This document shows, one piece after another, positions 23,460 through 36,577 of a DNA stretch of 48,204 bases (its first letter is position 1; the number at the start of each line of letters is the position of its first letter). Where the stretch lies: NCBI GenBank assembly GCA_905331295.1, contig CAJNYD010000029.1:1-48204 (forward strand). The letters are read 5' to 3'. Below the pieces are notes generated by a model. The model saw only the letters and a program-made list of their open reading frames with translations. It searched no databases and was not told the DNA's origin. The position numbers were made by a program, and so were the translations under genes. The DNA is from Rotaria socialis (taxonomy: Eukaryota).

Positions 23460-25385
23460 ATGAAAGAAATGTGTACATATAAATACTCCCATATCGAAGT
23501 TACAAAATCATATACAGAAATGAAAGCAAACATGAAACATTCAACGATTCAATTGGGTGATTTACCCGATGAAATTCTTATGATGATTTTTAAAAATATG
23601 TGTCAAGTTGATGTACTCTACTCTTTAATAGATGTTAATCAACGACTTACTACAATTGTGCATGATCCAATTTTTACTAATCATGTGACATTACTGAAAC
23701 ATTTATCGGATGGTTCCATATGTTCATTAACTGATTCAATGCTTGATCAATTTTGTTCACAAATTCTACCTAAAATGAATCATAAAGTCAAATGTCTTCA
23801 TCTTGAATCATCATCTATGGAACGTATTCTTCTAGCTGCAAATTATCCTAGTTTAGATGGACTTTCTTTATGTAATATTACCCCCAAGACAATTATACAA
23901 TACTTTTTGGGTGAGATATCTTATTTCAATTGTTTTAATTGAGAAGAAATAAGACGCATATATAGAAAAAAACAGTCGCATTGCAGTTCTTTTGAGACTA
24001 AAAATTCCTCAATTCATAAAATATCTGATAAATGATTGATCAGTATTTTTTGTCATTGCTGAGGAATTATATTACAGGTATTTCATGACTTTTGTATTTG
24101 TGTTTAGACGAAAATGCATTAACTGATCTATTTAAAAATAAAATTTTATCACTTACTTTCAATATGAATGTAAATAAAAAGGACAATGATAGAGAACATG
24201 TCAATGGAGTTATATTTCAACGTATTATTAAAATTTTCACCAATCTACAATATTTGAATTTTTGTCCATCTTCTATTTGGCATTCAAGAATATCGTTGAA
24301 AATTTTTACTGAAAATTTAGCCTCCACAACTCTCTTAGAATTGCATGTTACTGTAAACAATTTCGATGATTGTCTTTATTTACTTGATGGACGTTTCAAT
24401 CAGCTTCATACTCTTTATGTTAATGTTGCTGATATTCAATCTTCACAGCAAACAATCAATAATATGGTAAATTATTTCTAATTTTAGAAAATGAAATGGA
24501 ATTTTCTCTATTTTCTAGGAAAATTTACCTAATTTAAAATACTTTTCGTTATATTCGAATGTTGTGACAAGTGCTTATGATGAATTAATTGTTCCACTGC
24601 TAAATCGAATGTTCAATTTAGAAGAACTTAGTTTATATGTTAAAATTTGCGATATAAATAGATTTGTTGATGGTAATGATTTAAGAAAAAATATTCTCAA
24701 TAATATGTCACGATTAAAAAGGCTTCAATTTTATATTCGCTCAACTACTGGTGTTCTTAATCGAATTAATATACCATCAAATGAAGATATTCAATATACA
24801 TTCAAAGATTTTCATAATAATCATATTATTTCGTATGTTGATTATTTTACAGACACTCAGCGAGGTCAATGTCATGTTTATTCATACCCTTATACACTGA
24901 ACGAATATTGTAAAATAACCAATAGTTTTCCAGGTGGATTATATAAATGTGTTACTAAAATATCATTATATGATGAACGACCTTTTGAATATAATTTTTT
25001 TCTGCGAATTGCTGAATCATTTCCACATTTGAAAAAACTAATTATAGAAAATATGAAACCTCAAAATGGTAAACCAAAAAGTGATGTCAATCAAAATTTA
25101 CCAATTATTGAATATCCTCATCTGATCACACTTGATCTTACTGAAGCTCATTTAGATTATATCGAACTATTTCTATTTGATACTAAAATGCGTTTGTCAA
25201 ATAATATTTCTGTTGTTGCCATTTACCAAGCACTAAGAAGAGTAACGGAAAAATTTACAAGAAATGCTACACCAATCCATGGCAAAAAATTGCATTGTTT
25301 AAATTTGGTGGGTAAATATCGAATTCCTAAGTATGTAAAAGAATATTTTCCTCATACAGAAATATGTAGTTGTGAATTCGTATAA
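23460..25385 (+). CDS. Intact three-exon F-box/LRR-like protein
   Basis: F-box motif LGDLPDEILMMIFKNM. Exons (23460, 23520 or 23532)-23910, 24108-24466 and 24519-25385 splice in frame. Intron positions match the paralogue at 15735-17681. Confidence 0.9.
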
Positions 25386-25599
25386 AAGTTTATTTAAATA
25401 AAATTTGTTCAAAACTAAATTAATTTATATAAAATAAAAGCATTATGAAATAAACAGACTGAAGGGGAAAACATTTAAAGCGTAAAATATATACTTTTTA
25501 TACGTATATCAAAGCTTTTTAAATGTGAATGAAGGTATGGGTGTGTCATATTATGTACAATCATGAAGCCAAATACCTATATAGATGCTCAACTGATTC

Positions 25600-26955
25600 C
25601 TTATGACTTAATAATGAAATCTGAATAATGTCTTCCATAATCCTCTTTTTAAGTATCATATCATGTTAAGATTAACTATTAGTACAATATTTATCATGTT
25701 TTTCAATTTATTGAACAAGTTGAAACACAATTTCATTTACATTGCCAATATGTTCATGTCTGACGTTTAGTATAGTAAAAATTTGAATATACATGATGTT
25801 GAAGCTAATCAAATACAAAAGGAATTAAAAAGATAGAACATACAAAATCTGTGCATATTATTATATAAATGAGTAAGAGTTGAAAAGAAAAACATTTAAT
25901 GATCGATAGGATAGATTGAGTGTTTCAATAATAATTTAAACTTAATTCTTGAATGAAATTGAAAAGTTAAATTTGGCTTTTTCAACGGTAAGAAGAATCA
26001 TTTCATTGAAAGTGATTCAAGAATAGAACATTCTACATTTGTGTTGATCAATTTAAGAAAAATAATCAGTGGATACAAAATTGAGAGTATTTCTAAAGAT
26101 GTTTTCTTCTATTAGACTGTTTAAATGTTCATTGTTAACGTCCGAAAATGAATCATAATATGGATGTTGATGATCAACCACTTGATATGATGGTACAAAG
26201 GAAAAATGTTCACTAACAATCTCAATTTTGTATTAACAACGTAAGCTGATTGAATGCTTTATCGATTCTGCATTAATATGTTACCAAAAATTGATTTCAA
26301 ACACTTCGATTTCACCCACAAAACCGTTTCACGTTACTTTGCAGGTAGAAAAACTCCTATGCTGATTAGATCATAGATTTTGATAAAAACTATATATAAA
26401 TTGCACAGTATCTAATTTTTTTTGTTATTTAGATCAATCACATCTTATTCTTGTATATAAAAGTGATTTTGATGTTTTAACAGAGAGGCAATATTCAACT
26501 TTTTTACTACTTGTTCCTCATCAACTCTTAACAAATGATTTGTTTATCCGAGTCGTTTTGAAGATTGTCTTGTTTTGCTTGATGGTCATCTTTAACATTT
26601 AATGACGTTTACTGTTATTATGGAATACCTCGGTGACGGTATCAATGGAATGGTTGAACTTCATTTAAATAAATAAATTGTTAACTTTTGATGCGTATAG
26701 CAGTTATCCATACTCTGCGTCTTTTTAGTTAAAAATGATTTTTTACAAATATTATATTTGATTTCAACCGACTGAGTTCTGTCAACAGTATCGAATTAGT
26801 TAAATAGACATATAGGTTTTATTCATCTGAAATTCTACTTATTGATAATAGTATATTTTAAAATGTTGATTTATATTTTTTTAGGATGATCTGCCTAATT
26901 TAAAATATTTCTCATTAACATCTCGTTGTATCATAAATGATTATGCCATTCGAAC
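25600..26955 (+). pseudogene. Heavily decayed F-box/LRR-like paralogue, 3'-truncated
   Basis: Remnants LNNVFHNPLF, FEDCLVLLDGHL*HL and ag|DDLPNLKYFSLT match the family's exons 1-3. The sequence switches to TGAGGGTGTGGG early in exon 3. Confidence 0.7.
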
Positions 26956-26994
26956 TGAGGGTGTGGGGTGTGGGTGGGTATGGATGTGGCTATG
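26956..26994 (+). repeat. Telomere-like tract capping the F-box pseudogene
   Basis: tgagggtgtggggtgtgggtgggtatggatgtggctatg. Confidence 0.85.
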
Positions 26995-27325
26995 TCGGTC
27001 TTCTTGCAATCTATACCAGCAAGTAATATTCATCGACATCGAAAGTAGATTCATTGGGCGCTAGACTGAAAGTGCTGAGGAGAGGAAATGCATGGACACG
27101 ATAGAAAATCGGTTGTTTGTGCCAGCAGCTGATGGTGCTATTTTTAAACAGACCTGCAAAGGGGGTGGGAATAAGTGAAACTGAAGTAAGAATTAGACGA
27201 AAATTAAAGATTTCAAGTAAAAGCACTAAAAGTGAAGACGAAACACGGACAGAATGGGACTCAAAGACCCTAAAGGCGGCGGAGAAGTTTAGTCTTACCC
27301 AGTCAGAAAAATACGGGATTCAGAA

Positions 27326-27413
27326 GGTGTGGGTGTGTGGGTGGGGCTGTGGCTGTGGGTGTTTAGATCAAGAGTCACACTCACACTCACACCCATCCAC
27401 ACCCACACCACAC
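27326..27413. repeat. Inward-facing telomere-like pair
   Basis: ggtgtgggtgtgtgggtggggctgtggctgtgggtgt-ttagatcaagagt-cacactcacactcacacccatccacacccacaccacac. Confidence 0.9.
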
Positions 27414-27841
27414 GCTCCTTGGCACATCCAAACTCATTTTATTTCGTATGACCATCCCTTCAGTCGAGGAAATTACTTATTTATTTGCTTTCTTTCTAGT
27501 CAGGAAGCCAAAACGAAACGAAATGAAAAGACTTGAAAGAGCTCTTGAATACACTCAAAAAATGGAAATTTTCGTGAATCATGAGCAGCATACATTTGAA
27601 AGACTCGAAAAAATCTGATGAAAAAGAAAAGTAATGTACAGTTATTTTAGTGAGCTTTCTCTTTCGTCGACCTTGTTACATGACATCTGCTTCAATCTCT
27701 TTATGAAAATGATTGCATAATCAGGGTGAAGATTGACGATGTAATGCCAATAAACATAAAGGTATATAAAGCAATGAGTTTCAGCAGATGTTCATTTTAA
27801 CAACGGATATTAGTTGGAAGTAAGTAACAGTAATATATAAT

Positions 27842-27985
27842 CAAGTCTCTGCATCCATTTCGATACTATGCATTCTACTTGTTTATCGTATTCTGAAAAA
27901 TCTCGATGAGCTCACGATTGTATGCTTGGTTCGTAATGTGTGTACAAAAGTAAATGCGATGATTGGTACTTTTGATCACAATGAA
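27842..27985 (+). pseudogene. Isolated F-box motif exon relic of a second F-box subfamily
   Basis: LLVYRILKNLDELTIVCLVRNVCTKVNAMI fits the F-box pattern (LPxEL..ILxxL....L..VC..L). No ATG and no downstream exons were recognised. Confidence 0.55.
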
Positions 27986-28875
27986 GTGAACTATAGCTTT
28001 TTCCTCGAGTCAGATTTTCCGTCACCTTTAAAAATGCTACTCAGTTGCAGAGGGAGTGTTACTTTTTTCTATTTTTCTCTATAATAAAGGCTAAGTACTG
28101 ATAAAATCTTTATCTTTATATTGAAAAATAAATATGTGCAAATGAAAAAGTCTTTACTATTTAAGAAAAATAGAACGGCTACCCAGAATATGATTCCACG
28201 CTTTTACTTTCTTAGAGAAAAATTCATAACTACTCTGCAGAACGTTCGTTTGAATTAATTTTTGATTTCCTGGATAGAGGAAATATTTATCTATATAAGC
28301 ATATTATTTTCACATGAATTCAATTAGTCAAGGGCGGAAAATCTAATTCCACGATTCCACTAACTCTTTTGATTCCGTTGACACTGACGGCCATAGGATT
28401 AAGCCCTCCCCTGCTTGAGCCGTATAGATATGTAGGCTTTCAATGGTTGAATAGTAGAATTCAACTTGAGGGTTAACATATACTTATTAATACAGAATCA
28501 ATAAAACGTTTTTTCATTTGAAACGTAGAAAGACTACAAGTAAGTAACTTACTGTCAATAGCAGACTTTGGATTTTATTCATTGTCGTATGAAGACTATT
28601 TAAGCATGACTTTTACTTTTATCATTCATTATTTAGTTATCGTCATTTTTCTCATCCACCGTTCAGAAGAAATCAAATAATTTATTTGACTTTTATCTTC
28701 CTTATGTTGATTCACTTATATAGATGCTTGGATTCATGACGACAGTTCTCTTTTCTTCGAATAATTTTATTCTACTACAAATAAATTTATTCACGTAGTA
28801 TATTTACATATAGTCGCCTGCAACTATATTGAACTAATGTAAGTGACAATGGGAGACGGTTGTACACATTCATTC

Positions 28876-28966
28876 AGGGTGGGTGTGGGTATGGATATGA
28901 AAGAAGAGGTCACCCACACCCACAGCCACAGCCACGCCCACAGCCACGCCCACACCCACACCCTCA
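28876..28966. repeat. Inward-facing telomere-like pair
   Basis: agggtgggtgtgggtatggatatg-aaagaagaggt-cacccacacccacagccacagccacgcccacagccacgcccacacccacaccctca. Confidence 0.9.
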
Positions 28967-29387
28967 GGAACGGGGACCGATTTGAAAATTAGTCTAAATT
29001 TGGTTAGGACTGTAGGGAGCCGTATAGACACGTATGCTGATGTGTCAATTTGTATGAAGCCACTATTGGGTTTTCGTGTTCCTTGAAATGGGAACCCGCC
29101 ATGATATCGGTTGCTTTAGAATGAAATTTGAAATATAAGTATATCCATGTCTCCAGAAAGTCAAAATGAAATGCAGACGAATTTTCAAGTGGGTTCTAGA
29201 TTTCTAGGAGCGGGAACCCGAAACAGGCACACCTAGTAGCTATCATGTTGATAAAGAAATTGAAATTATATTAGAAGACTTATTTTGAAATATTATTGTA
29301 CGCTACATTAGCTTGTGAGAAGAGAAAGAGTTCTAAAATTCTTAAATCCAAACTTTCATTTATTTTCTTAACAGTTATTTTCTCAAA

Positions 29388-30413
29388 ATGTGTGCTCAAC
29401 GAACAACATCTAGTGACAGTACTTCAAAACATGGTCTTATACTTCTTGGAAATTCGGGTGTAGGCAAATCATTTTTGGGAAATGTTATTCTAGGTCGAGA
29501 TGTTTTCGAACATGAATGTTCTTCAGGAAGTGTGACCCATGAAACAGAATTTGAAGATTATGCTGTTGGTAATGCATCATATGCTGTTTTTAATATTCCA
29601 GGTCTTATCGAAGCTGATCAAGAAGCTGTTGATAGAAACAAAACAGAAATTTACAAAGCTTTTCAACAACGACCTAACTCTGTCGTTGCTTATGTTTTTA
29701 CAGGTGGTTCCGGTGGTCGTATTCGGGATGAAGATGTTGTCGGTTTCAAGGCCATAAGTGCTGCATACAATTTTCAACCTGATTCATTGCTTTTGATTGT
29801 TAATGATTTGCCTCTTAATCGTTCACCTAAATATGAAGGTGAAACAGCCATCAAGTTAGAAGGTCTTGTGAATATTCCAAGTGTTCGCATCTGTTTTTTG
29901 GATCGAATCACTAAGACAGAACTACGCAGTAGTGAACGCGTTGGATCAGCTAATTCAAATGCGAGCGAAAAGAAGCATGTAGTAGATAAATTAGAAAAGA
30001 AGCTTCTCGGAGCGAAAAACATGTTAAAGCAGTATAGTGCCTCGATCGAAAAGCGAGCTCCATCATTGGGAAAATTTTTACATCCATCACAAAAGCAGAC
30101 TGAACGAGAAAAAATGCGCCAAAAATTAATTGAAGCAATAATCCAATGTACACCTCAGGTTCACGAGAAACATGCTGAGATCCAGTTGACTGTTGATGAA
30201 CTGAAAAATCTTACGGAAGAATCTAAGAAAGCGCAACAAAAGATGGAGCAAGAACTTCTTAAACGACAAGCCGATATTGCTGCGCAGCAAAGAAAATTCG
30301 ATGACATGAAACGCCAATTAGAGGAACAACCACGTGAAATACATCATTATCATGAGAGATTCGCTGAACGTCAAGCGGAGTGTGGTGGTTTTGAGATCTG
30401 TGTTATTTCTTAA
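29388..30413 (+). CDS. AIG1/GIMAP-like P-loop GTPase with C-terminal coiled coil and CaaX motif
   Basis: Single 341-aa ORF. G1 LLGNSGVGKS..GN.ILG, G2 GSVT, G3 position VFNIPGL, E/K/Q-rich heptads near the end, terminal CVIS*. Confidence 0.85.
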   Translation: MCAQRTTSSDSTSKHGLILLGNSGVGKSFLGNVILGRDVFEHECSSGSVTHETEFEDYAVGNASYAVFNIPGLIEADQEAVDRNKTEIYKAFQQRPNSVVAYVFTGGSGGRIRDEDVVGFKAISAAYNFQPDSLLLIVNDLPLNRSPKYEGETAIKLEGLVNIPSVRICFLDRITKTELRSSERVGSANSNASEKKHVVDKLEKKLLGAKNMLKQYSASIEKRAPSLGKFLHPSQKQTEREKMRQKLIEAIIQCTPQVHEKHAEIQLTVDELKNLTEESKKAQQKMEQELLKRQADIAAQQRKFDDMKRQLEEQPREIHHYHERFAERQAECGGFEICVIS

Positions 30414-30558
30414 TTATCACTGTATTAGTCTATACATTGAATAGATCAATATACGTTTGATTTTCTGAAGTTGAATCTGATTTAATTATTTATATTCCAT
30501 ATCTGTGAAAATAAAGCGATTAAAAACGGATTCGTATTGTATCCAACAAAGATAAAAT

Positions 30559-30591
30559 TGAGGGTGTCGGTGTGGGTGTGCGTGTGGGTGT
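30559..30591 (+). repeat. Telomere-like tract
   Basis: tgagggtgtcggtgtgggtgtgcgtgtgggtgt, 145 bp after the GTPase stop. Confidence 0.85.
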
Positions 30592-31647
30592 ATTTAGAGT
30601 AGATTTTTTTAGAATTCCAAGCTACTTGCGATGCATTTCCTCTAGTTTGTGCGGATTGTGGTTTGATTGCCAAACCGTGTAAAAACGTACTCGATGGAAT
30701 ATCAAATTAATCATTAAATCGAAGTTACTCATTATAACTCTATGATTTAGAAGCTTGCTTTTCAATTTGGAACTGATGTTAAATTCCCACCTGCTTGTAA
30801 CTATGTTTGTTTTCAATATCCTAATCGGAGTGAAAACACTTGACATTAATAAATTCATAGTTGTGCTTTACTTCAACTATATTTATCTTACAACAGAATT
30901 CTGTAAGAATAAATCATAAACAGTGATTATATTCAAATATTTTTCCCAACGCATTTCAACACATAACGATGCCTGTTAAAAAGCATTGATTTTTCTAATC
31001 AATGAAATGCATGCGTTATAATCTGTTTATTTCTTTAATCCATAAAGTAAATAGGTTTTTAGTGTTGATTTTTAGAAATTTAGTCATTCAACGCGGCAAA
31101 ACAGCGCTTTGTCGTTTTTGTGTCTGTCTGGGTATATTCACTTTCTTGAAGTAATTAATGGCGTTTTTCACGCTTCTGTTTGTTGAGTCTTCATAAAAGT
31201 TGCAAACACGGTTTGGGAGCTCTTCCACTTCTCGACGTGTCATTAAATATAAAGAATAAAATATCTACAAATAATGCCAAATTTTGAAGTTTAGAACATT
31301 GTCTTTCAGATAAAAAAAAGAATGAACTGCCTATCATATATGTACACAGAGAACAATGCTTCGACATTTCGACAATTCTACTTTTGCATCGTAGGTTACG
31401 AATGAATACGTCATTGCATCGTGATTTATTCCTCCATTCTTTTAGCAGAACGTACAAACATAATTGAAAAGAATGGTTTATAAGACAACAACTATGCAAT
31501 GTGTCTGTCGAAATCGAGCATAGAATTAACAATGAAAATCACATGCTCTGTTTCTTTTTTGCTTCCTTTCCACGTGTCAGACACCGTTTTTCGTATGTGC
31601 ATAGCCTTCTGTTGAATACTTTTCAAGTCTCTCGGTTGGTAGAAGCG

Positions 31648-34022
31648 ATGACAAAGCTTCTAAATGATTTGAAACAATCTATTTCAAATACATTTTTTAA
31701 GCGAAATATACAACGCCGAAACTTGGAATTTTTCAGCATTGCATGGTACCATGATAGCACAGACGACATAAAAGATGAAGCACTACTAAAATTGCGTCAG
31801 AAAATCAATGGTTTACTAGAATTTTTGTCCATAAACGAACTTCATGAATACTTCGAAACGACTTCTGCAGATGATAATCAAATTCTCTTGATTGTATCAG
31901 CAAAGTTCACTAGCGATTTGTTAGCAATTGTTGAACAACTCGAACAAATAATATCAATTTTCATCTTCTCTGGTGGAATACAAGAAGAGGATGTGAAATG
32001 TTTGGTTCCGAAATGCAGCAAGGTAAGTGTGAAAGCATCTTTGGAATACTATATGATATCAAAGCTTCATTTTAACTGGAGACAAAGGAGCTCCCAGAAA
32101 ATAAATGACAGAATAGATTGTTGAAATCTCCTGAATAAAACCATTTTGACAGTATCGAAGTCGTAGTAGTTAATAATTAAATCAAAAAATATATATTGAC
32201 TAAAAGTGATATAATGCAGAGAATTATGTAGCACTAAAATTTTTCATTTTGTAATTTATAGATCAAAGGATATTATTCGACGATTGAGGATATAATTCAA
32301 AATGTTGAAAATGAGCTAACGCGACTTTCTCAACTTGAAGATTTAGAGATATCCATTGACATATACGATCGAATCGAGTCTGGTGAAAATTCTAACGATA
32401 AAGCAAAATTTCTATGGCTTCGTTTACTAATAGACGTATTGATAAAGATCGAGGATCAATGTCCACCCGAGAAAATATTGACTGAGTATGAACGACACAT
32501 TTCTAGAAAACCACAGCAAAATGATGAAATATCTTTTCGAGAGTTCACAGATAAATATATTGCAAAGATTCCTGTACGGCAGTTTGTTGCCGTTTGCAAG
32601 CAGCATTGTGAAGGAAACCGTGCTCAACTAGCAAAGTTAATGAAATTCGAAGAAACATACACCCCATCACAATCGCTCCTATGGTTTACACAGGAACCCT
32701 TCATTTTTCGTGTGCTGAACAAGGCACTACGCTTTCAACATGTTGATATTCTTTATCAATATCGGTTTCTTATTCGTGACCTTGCTACTCAGTTAAGCAC
32801 ACAAAAGAATGACGAAATGAACTTTCATGTTTATCGTGGTCAGGTAATGACTAATGAAGAATTACAACAGGTAACGAAGCCAACAAATCAATTTGTAAGA
32901 TTTAATTCATTTCTCTCGACATCAAGAGATAGAGAAATTGCGCAAGCTTTTGCTATTTCAAGTCTGATCGATGAATCAAGGCAACAAATGGTTTTATTCG
33001 ATATTGAAATCAATTCTCAGATCGATGATACTAGAACATATGCCGATATTTCTCAGTGGAGTACATTTCCCGAAGAACAAGAAATCTTATTCATGTGTGG
33101 TAGTGTATTTCGACTTACGCGTGTCGTTCAGCATGAATCTGGATTGAAAATAATTGGACTAGCTCTTTGTAACGAGAACGATGATGAACTTCGAAGAGTA
33201 TACGAGGATTTGAAGCATGAATATTTGAGTGATGCAAGAAATATAAGTCTTCTTGATCTGGGAAACATTTTGAAAGATACTAATAGAACTGTAGAAGCAG
33301 CAAAATATTATTTTGAATTAATGAATGTTGTTGAGGACGGCGATCCACTTATTCAACGATGCCTTCACAATTTAGCTTTACTCCGATATAAACAATGCGA
33401 TTATGAATCGACACTGGAATACTTACAAATAGCTCTCGATCTAGAAGTAGTATCGTCGGAACGTGAAGAATCGTTCATCTGTAGTATATATAATTGGATT
33501 GGCAATGTCTTTTTAATGAGACAAAATTTCGATCGAGCTTTAGAAAATTACAATGAGGGTCTAAAACATAAATCAAAGATTGATTCTCGTGATCAACTTG
33601 GTGAAATTAAGCTGTATGCAAACATAGCTAACGTATATACTTATCAGAAACGCTATGAACTGGCACTAGAAAAACACTTGGAGTGTTTGGCGATGAAGCA
33701 AGAAATTCTCCAAGACTTTCAGCACCCGATGATTGCAGCATCTTATGTACATATTGGTATTGTGTATACAAAACTAAAGCGATATCAAGAGGCTATCGAT
33801 ATACTAGAAAAAGCCTTGAATATTCAGTGTAAAGTACTTGGTACTGATCATCTCGATGTTGGAGTAACACTCTACAATCTTGGTGTCGCATATGATGAAC
33901 AGAAAAATTACGATCGAGCAAGTCAATATTATTTGGAAGCAGTAGAAAACTTTCCAATCAACCATGCCTATTTCAAGAGAGTACAAGTGGCTATGAAGGA
34001 AATTGAAAACAAAACTCACTAA
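31648..34022 (+). CDS. Intact two-exon ADP-ribosyltransferase-TPR protein (~711 aa)
   Basis: Exon 1 is 31648-32022 (donor aag|gtaagt) and exon 2 is 32262-34022, phase 0. Motifs VYRGQ, FLSTS and PEEQEILF are followed by about 6 TPRs. Confidence 0.92.
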
Positions 34023-34229
34023 GAACACAAATTCATTTTGACATGCGTACAATGTACGATGACGACGCTAATAAAGAATGAACAAATACTATGGAATCCC
34101 TAATAGTTGAAAAAGGTGTTATGTTGTTTATTTATCATTCTCTTGAATTGCCTCTATCTATTTTAAATTCTATTAATTTAAATAAAATTTTCATTTAAAA
34201 TATTCTTGCTGCAGCTTATAAAGAAGGAA

Positions 34230-34374
34230 TGTGGGTGCGGGAATATGGGTATTCGCATCAATGAATCCCTGAACAAAACCCTCAGACCCATACCCACACC
34301 CTCATTGTGAATGTGAGTATTTCATCGATACACACTCAGACATATCCGCACTCCCATCCACACCCACACCCACA
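34230..34374. repeat. Compound degenerate telomere-like tracts
   Basis: tgtgggtgcggg...cccatacccacaccctca...cccatccacacccacacccaca, ~210 bp after the ART-TPR stop. Confidence 0.75.
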
Positions 34375-36577
34375 TCGGGCATATTACAATCAAATACAAA
34401 GGAGCACAATATTTAGCTGATGAATAACCAAATAAGACGGTGATCTTGTCTTTGTTTAGATCTAGTTCATATATTTATCTCAAGTTTTTCTCATAGGCAC
34501 TCACTAAACCTGATCTTGTTATTAATTACATTTATCTGAAGCTTTTAGACGGCATACGGGAACTAGTCAAACGTAATCAACAAATGAATAGGCCATAAAT
34601 GTTGTCTTGTGGATGGCAATTTAAGACTTAGCTGAAATCATGCGACGATCATGTAACTCACTGAATATCTTTGATGCTTTTTCTTGTTTGACAAATAAAG
34701 AAGCAGTATTTTACTCACTTAAGGATATGTTGAATAATCAGTACGGTATGTCAGAATCTATTCTATAGATGACTAGAAGATATTTCATTGTGCTGTATTG
34801 AAACACTACTGGCAATTAGAATGAATTTGCACCTGTAAGTTGCTTCTATTTTGAAGCTTGTTCACGATGTGTCAGAAATTCAATTTAAAAGTGAATACTT
34901 CAATTGTTTGTTTTCTTATATCCTCTGGTACGCTCTTACATAGAAATATCTACCATTTTTAGTCGTTATGCATTGTTTTTCTGCTACATATGAGCCATGC
35001 TTTAACTTTATTCTTTCGACGCATAGATCAGATATACATTTAACTTGAGAATCTTTCTATTGGAATATACTGAACAACATGATACACGAGTATAAAAAGT
35101 CATCTTGATCATCGTCCAGATCATTTATAAAAATATGTATTTTAGAATTTTCAGTTTGCGTTATTTTCTCAAATCTCCTTGTTTTTATTCATGTTCAATC
35201 TTATGTGTGCACTTCAATGTATGAGAGTATTTCATTAAATATATCGAAAGTCTGAAAGGACCAATCACAACAAAAAATGACTCCTACACTTAGCATTAAT
35301 TTCGAAAAATAAAATCAATGACGCTAGACCAACTCCACACGGAAATATTCTCAAAATGAAATGATATCACATTTTTTTAGCTGACCAATGTTTTCGCACG
35401 ACATGAGATAATTTCTCTTTACGAGAAATTTGAATCGATAGAAAAAAGTGGTTCTTATGCTGCATGCTATTATCAATCGAATGGTTAGTTGGAAGCGAAC
35501 GCCTGATTAAAGAGAACATGCTATTGGTTACGCTACAAGTTTTGATAGTGACATTTCTTACAAATTCGAATTAAAATAGTCAAAACAGTTCAGTTTTTTA
35601 GACGAATATGATTAAAAAAGGATATTATTGTTTATTATCATATTATCAAAATATGCTGTTTTAACTGCAAACACAATAGGAGAGTCGTCAACTTCACCAT
35701 ATTCGAGACGTGCATCTTTGGTGAGAAAAAGAAACTCAATCCATGCTATACAAATAATAGATTTCGACACTGTTTTATGCTTACAACTAATCATAAGTTC
35801 GCTTGCATTTATCTTTTACATAGGAGCAATTTTAAGTTTAAATTCATTTAGATTTCATCGGTTAAAGTCTCTAATATGTATATGTAGGTAGCATGTATTA
35901 CTAGTCATTGACAAATGTCGAAAACGTATACTTTTGTTCTGCCTTGTACATTGAAGGAAAAACAAATCTTGAGTCACAACAGCATGTATCATCTAATCAA
36001 AAATCGGAAAGCTTATTTGAATATTTTGTTTCAAAGTCATAGCTACATTACTTCGATAAACCTAAACGTAAGATAAAATACAATCAACAGTGTGCCGTTG
36101 TAATTTTTTTTCCCATTTATCCGACTTTGGACAGTAAACCTCTACATAAAATTTTTTTTAAATGTTGATTATGACAGAATATCAAGCGGAAAAGAAGTCA
36201 TAAAAGAAGTGTGAATACTACTTAAATTATCACAACGTTCCTAAAACTGATGTTTTTATATTTCAGTGTTACAGATATGACACATGTCCAACAAAAAAAA
36301 ACAACATTTCATGATAGTCTAATTTAAAACAGATTATTTTACTGATGATCAACTTTGATCTCAATGGTTGTCTATGATGAATGAAGGTAGATATGATTGT
36401 TAGCGTTGTTATTCACTCTATCGATCATTTTTTTAATTTGATTTGAAAATAATCAATGAAGATAGTATATGTGAAATTCACTTCTATATGAATTAATGTG
36501 CATTTCAATCAAGATTTCAAGTATAGATACATAAAAAAATAAACAAAACAACTCTATTTAATCTATATGAACATAGT

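Noticed and set aside
28970..29236. gggaacc repeats ending in gcacacctag, like a hAT-type MITE end
   Set aside because: Only one terminus is visible, since the other side abuts a telomere-like pair. Too weak to call.
34440..34745. Faint resemblance to a Ty3/gypsy RT-RNase H linker
   Set aside because: No catalytic motif and many stops, so it cannot be supported by eye.
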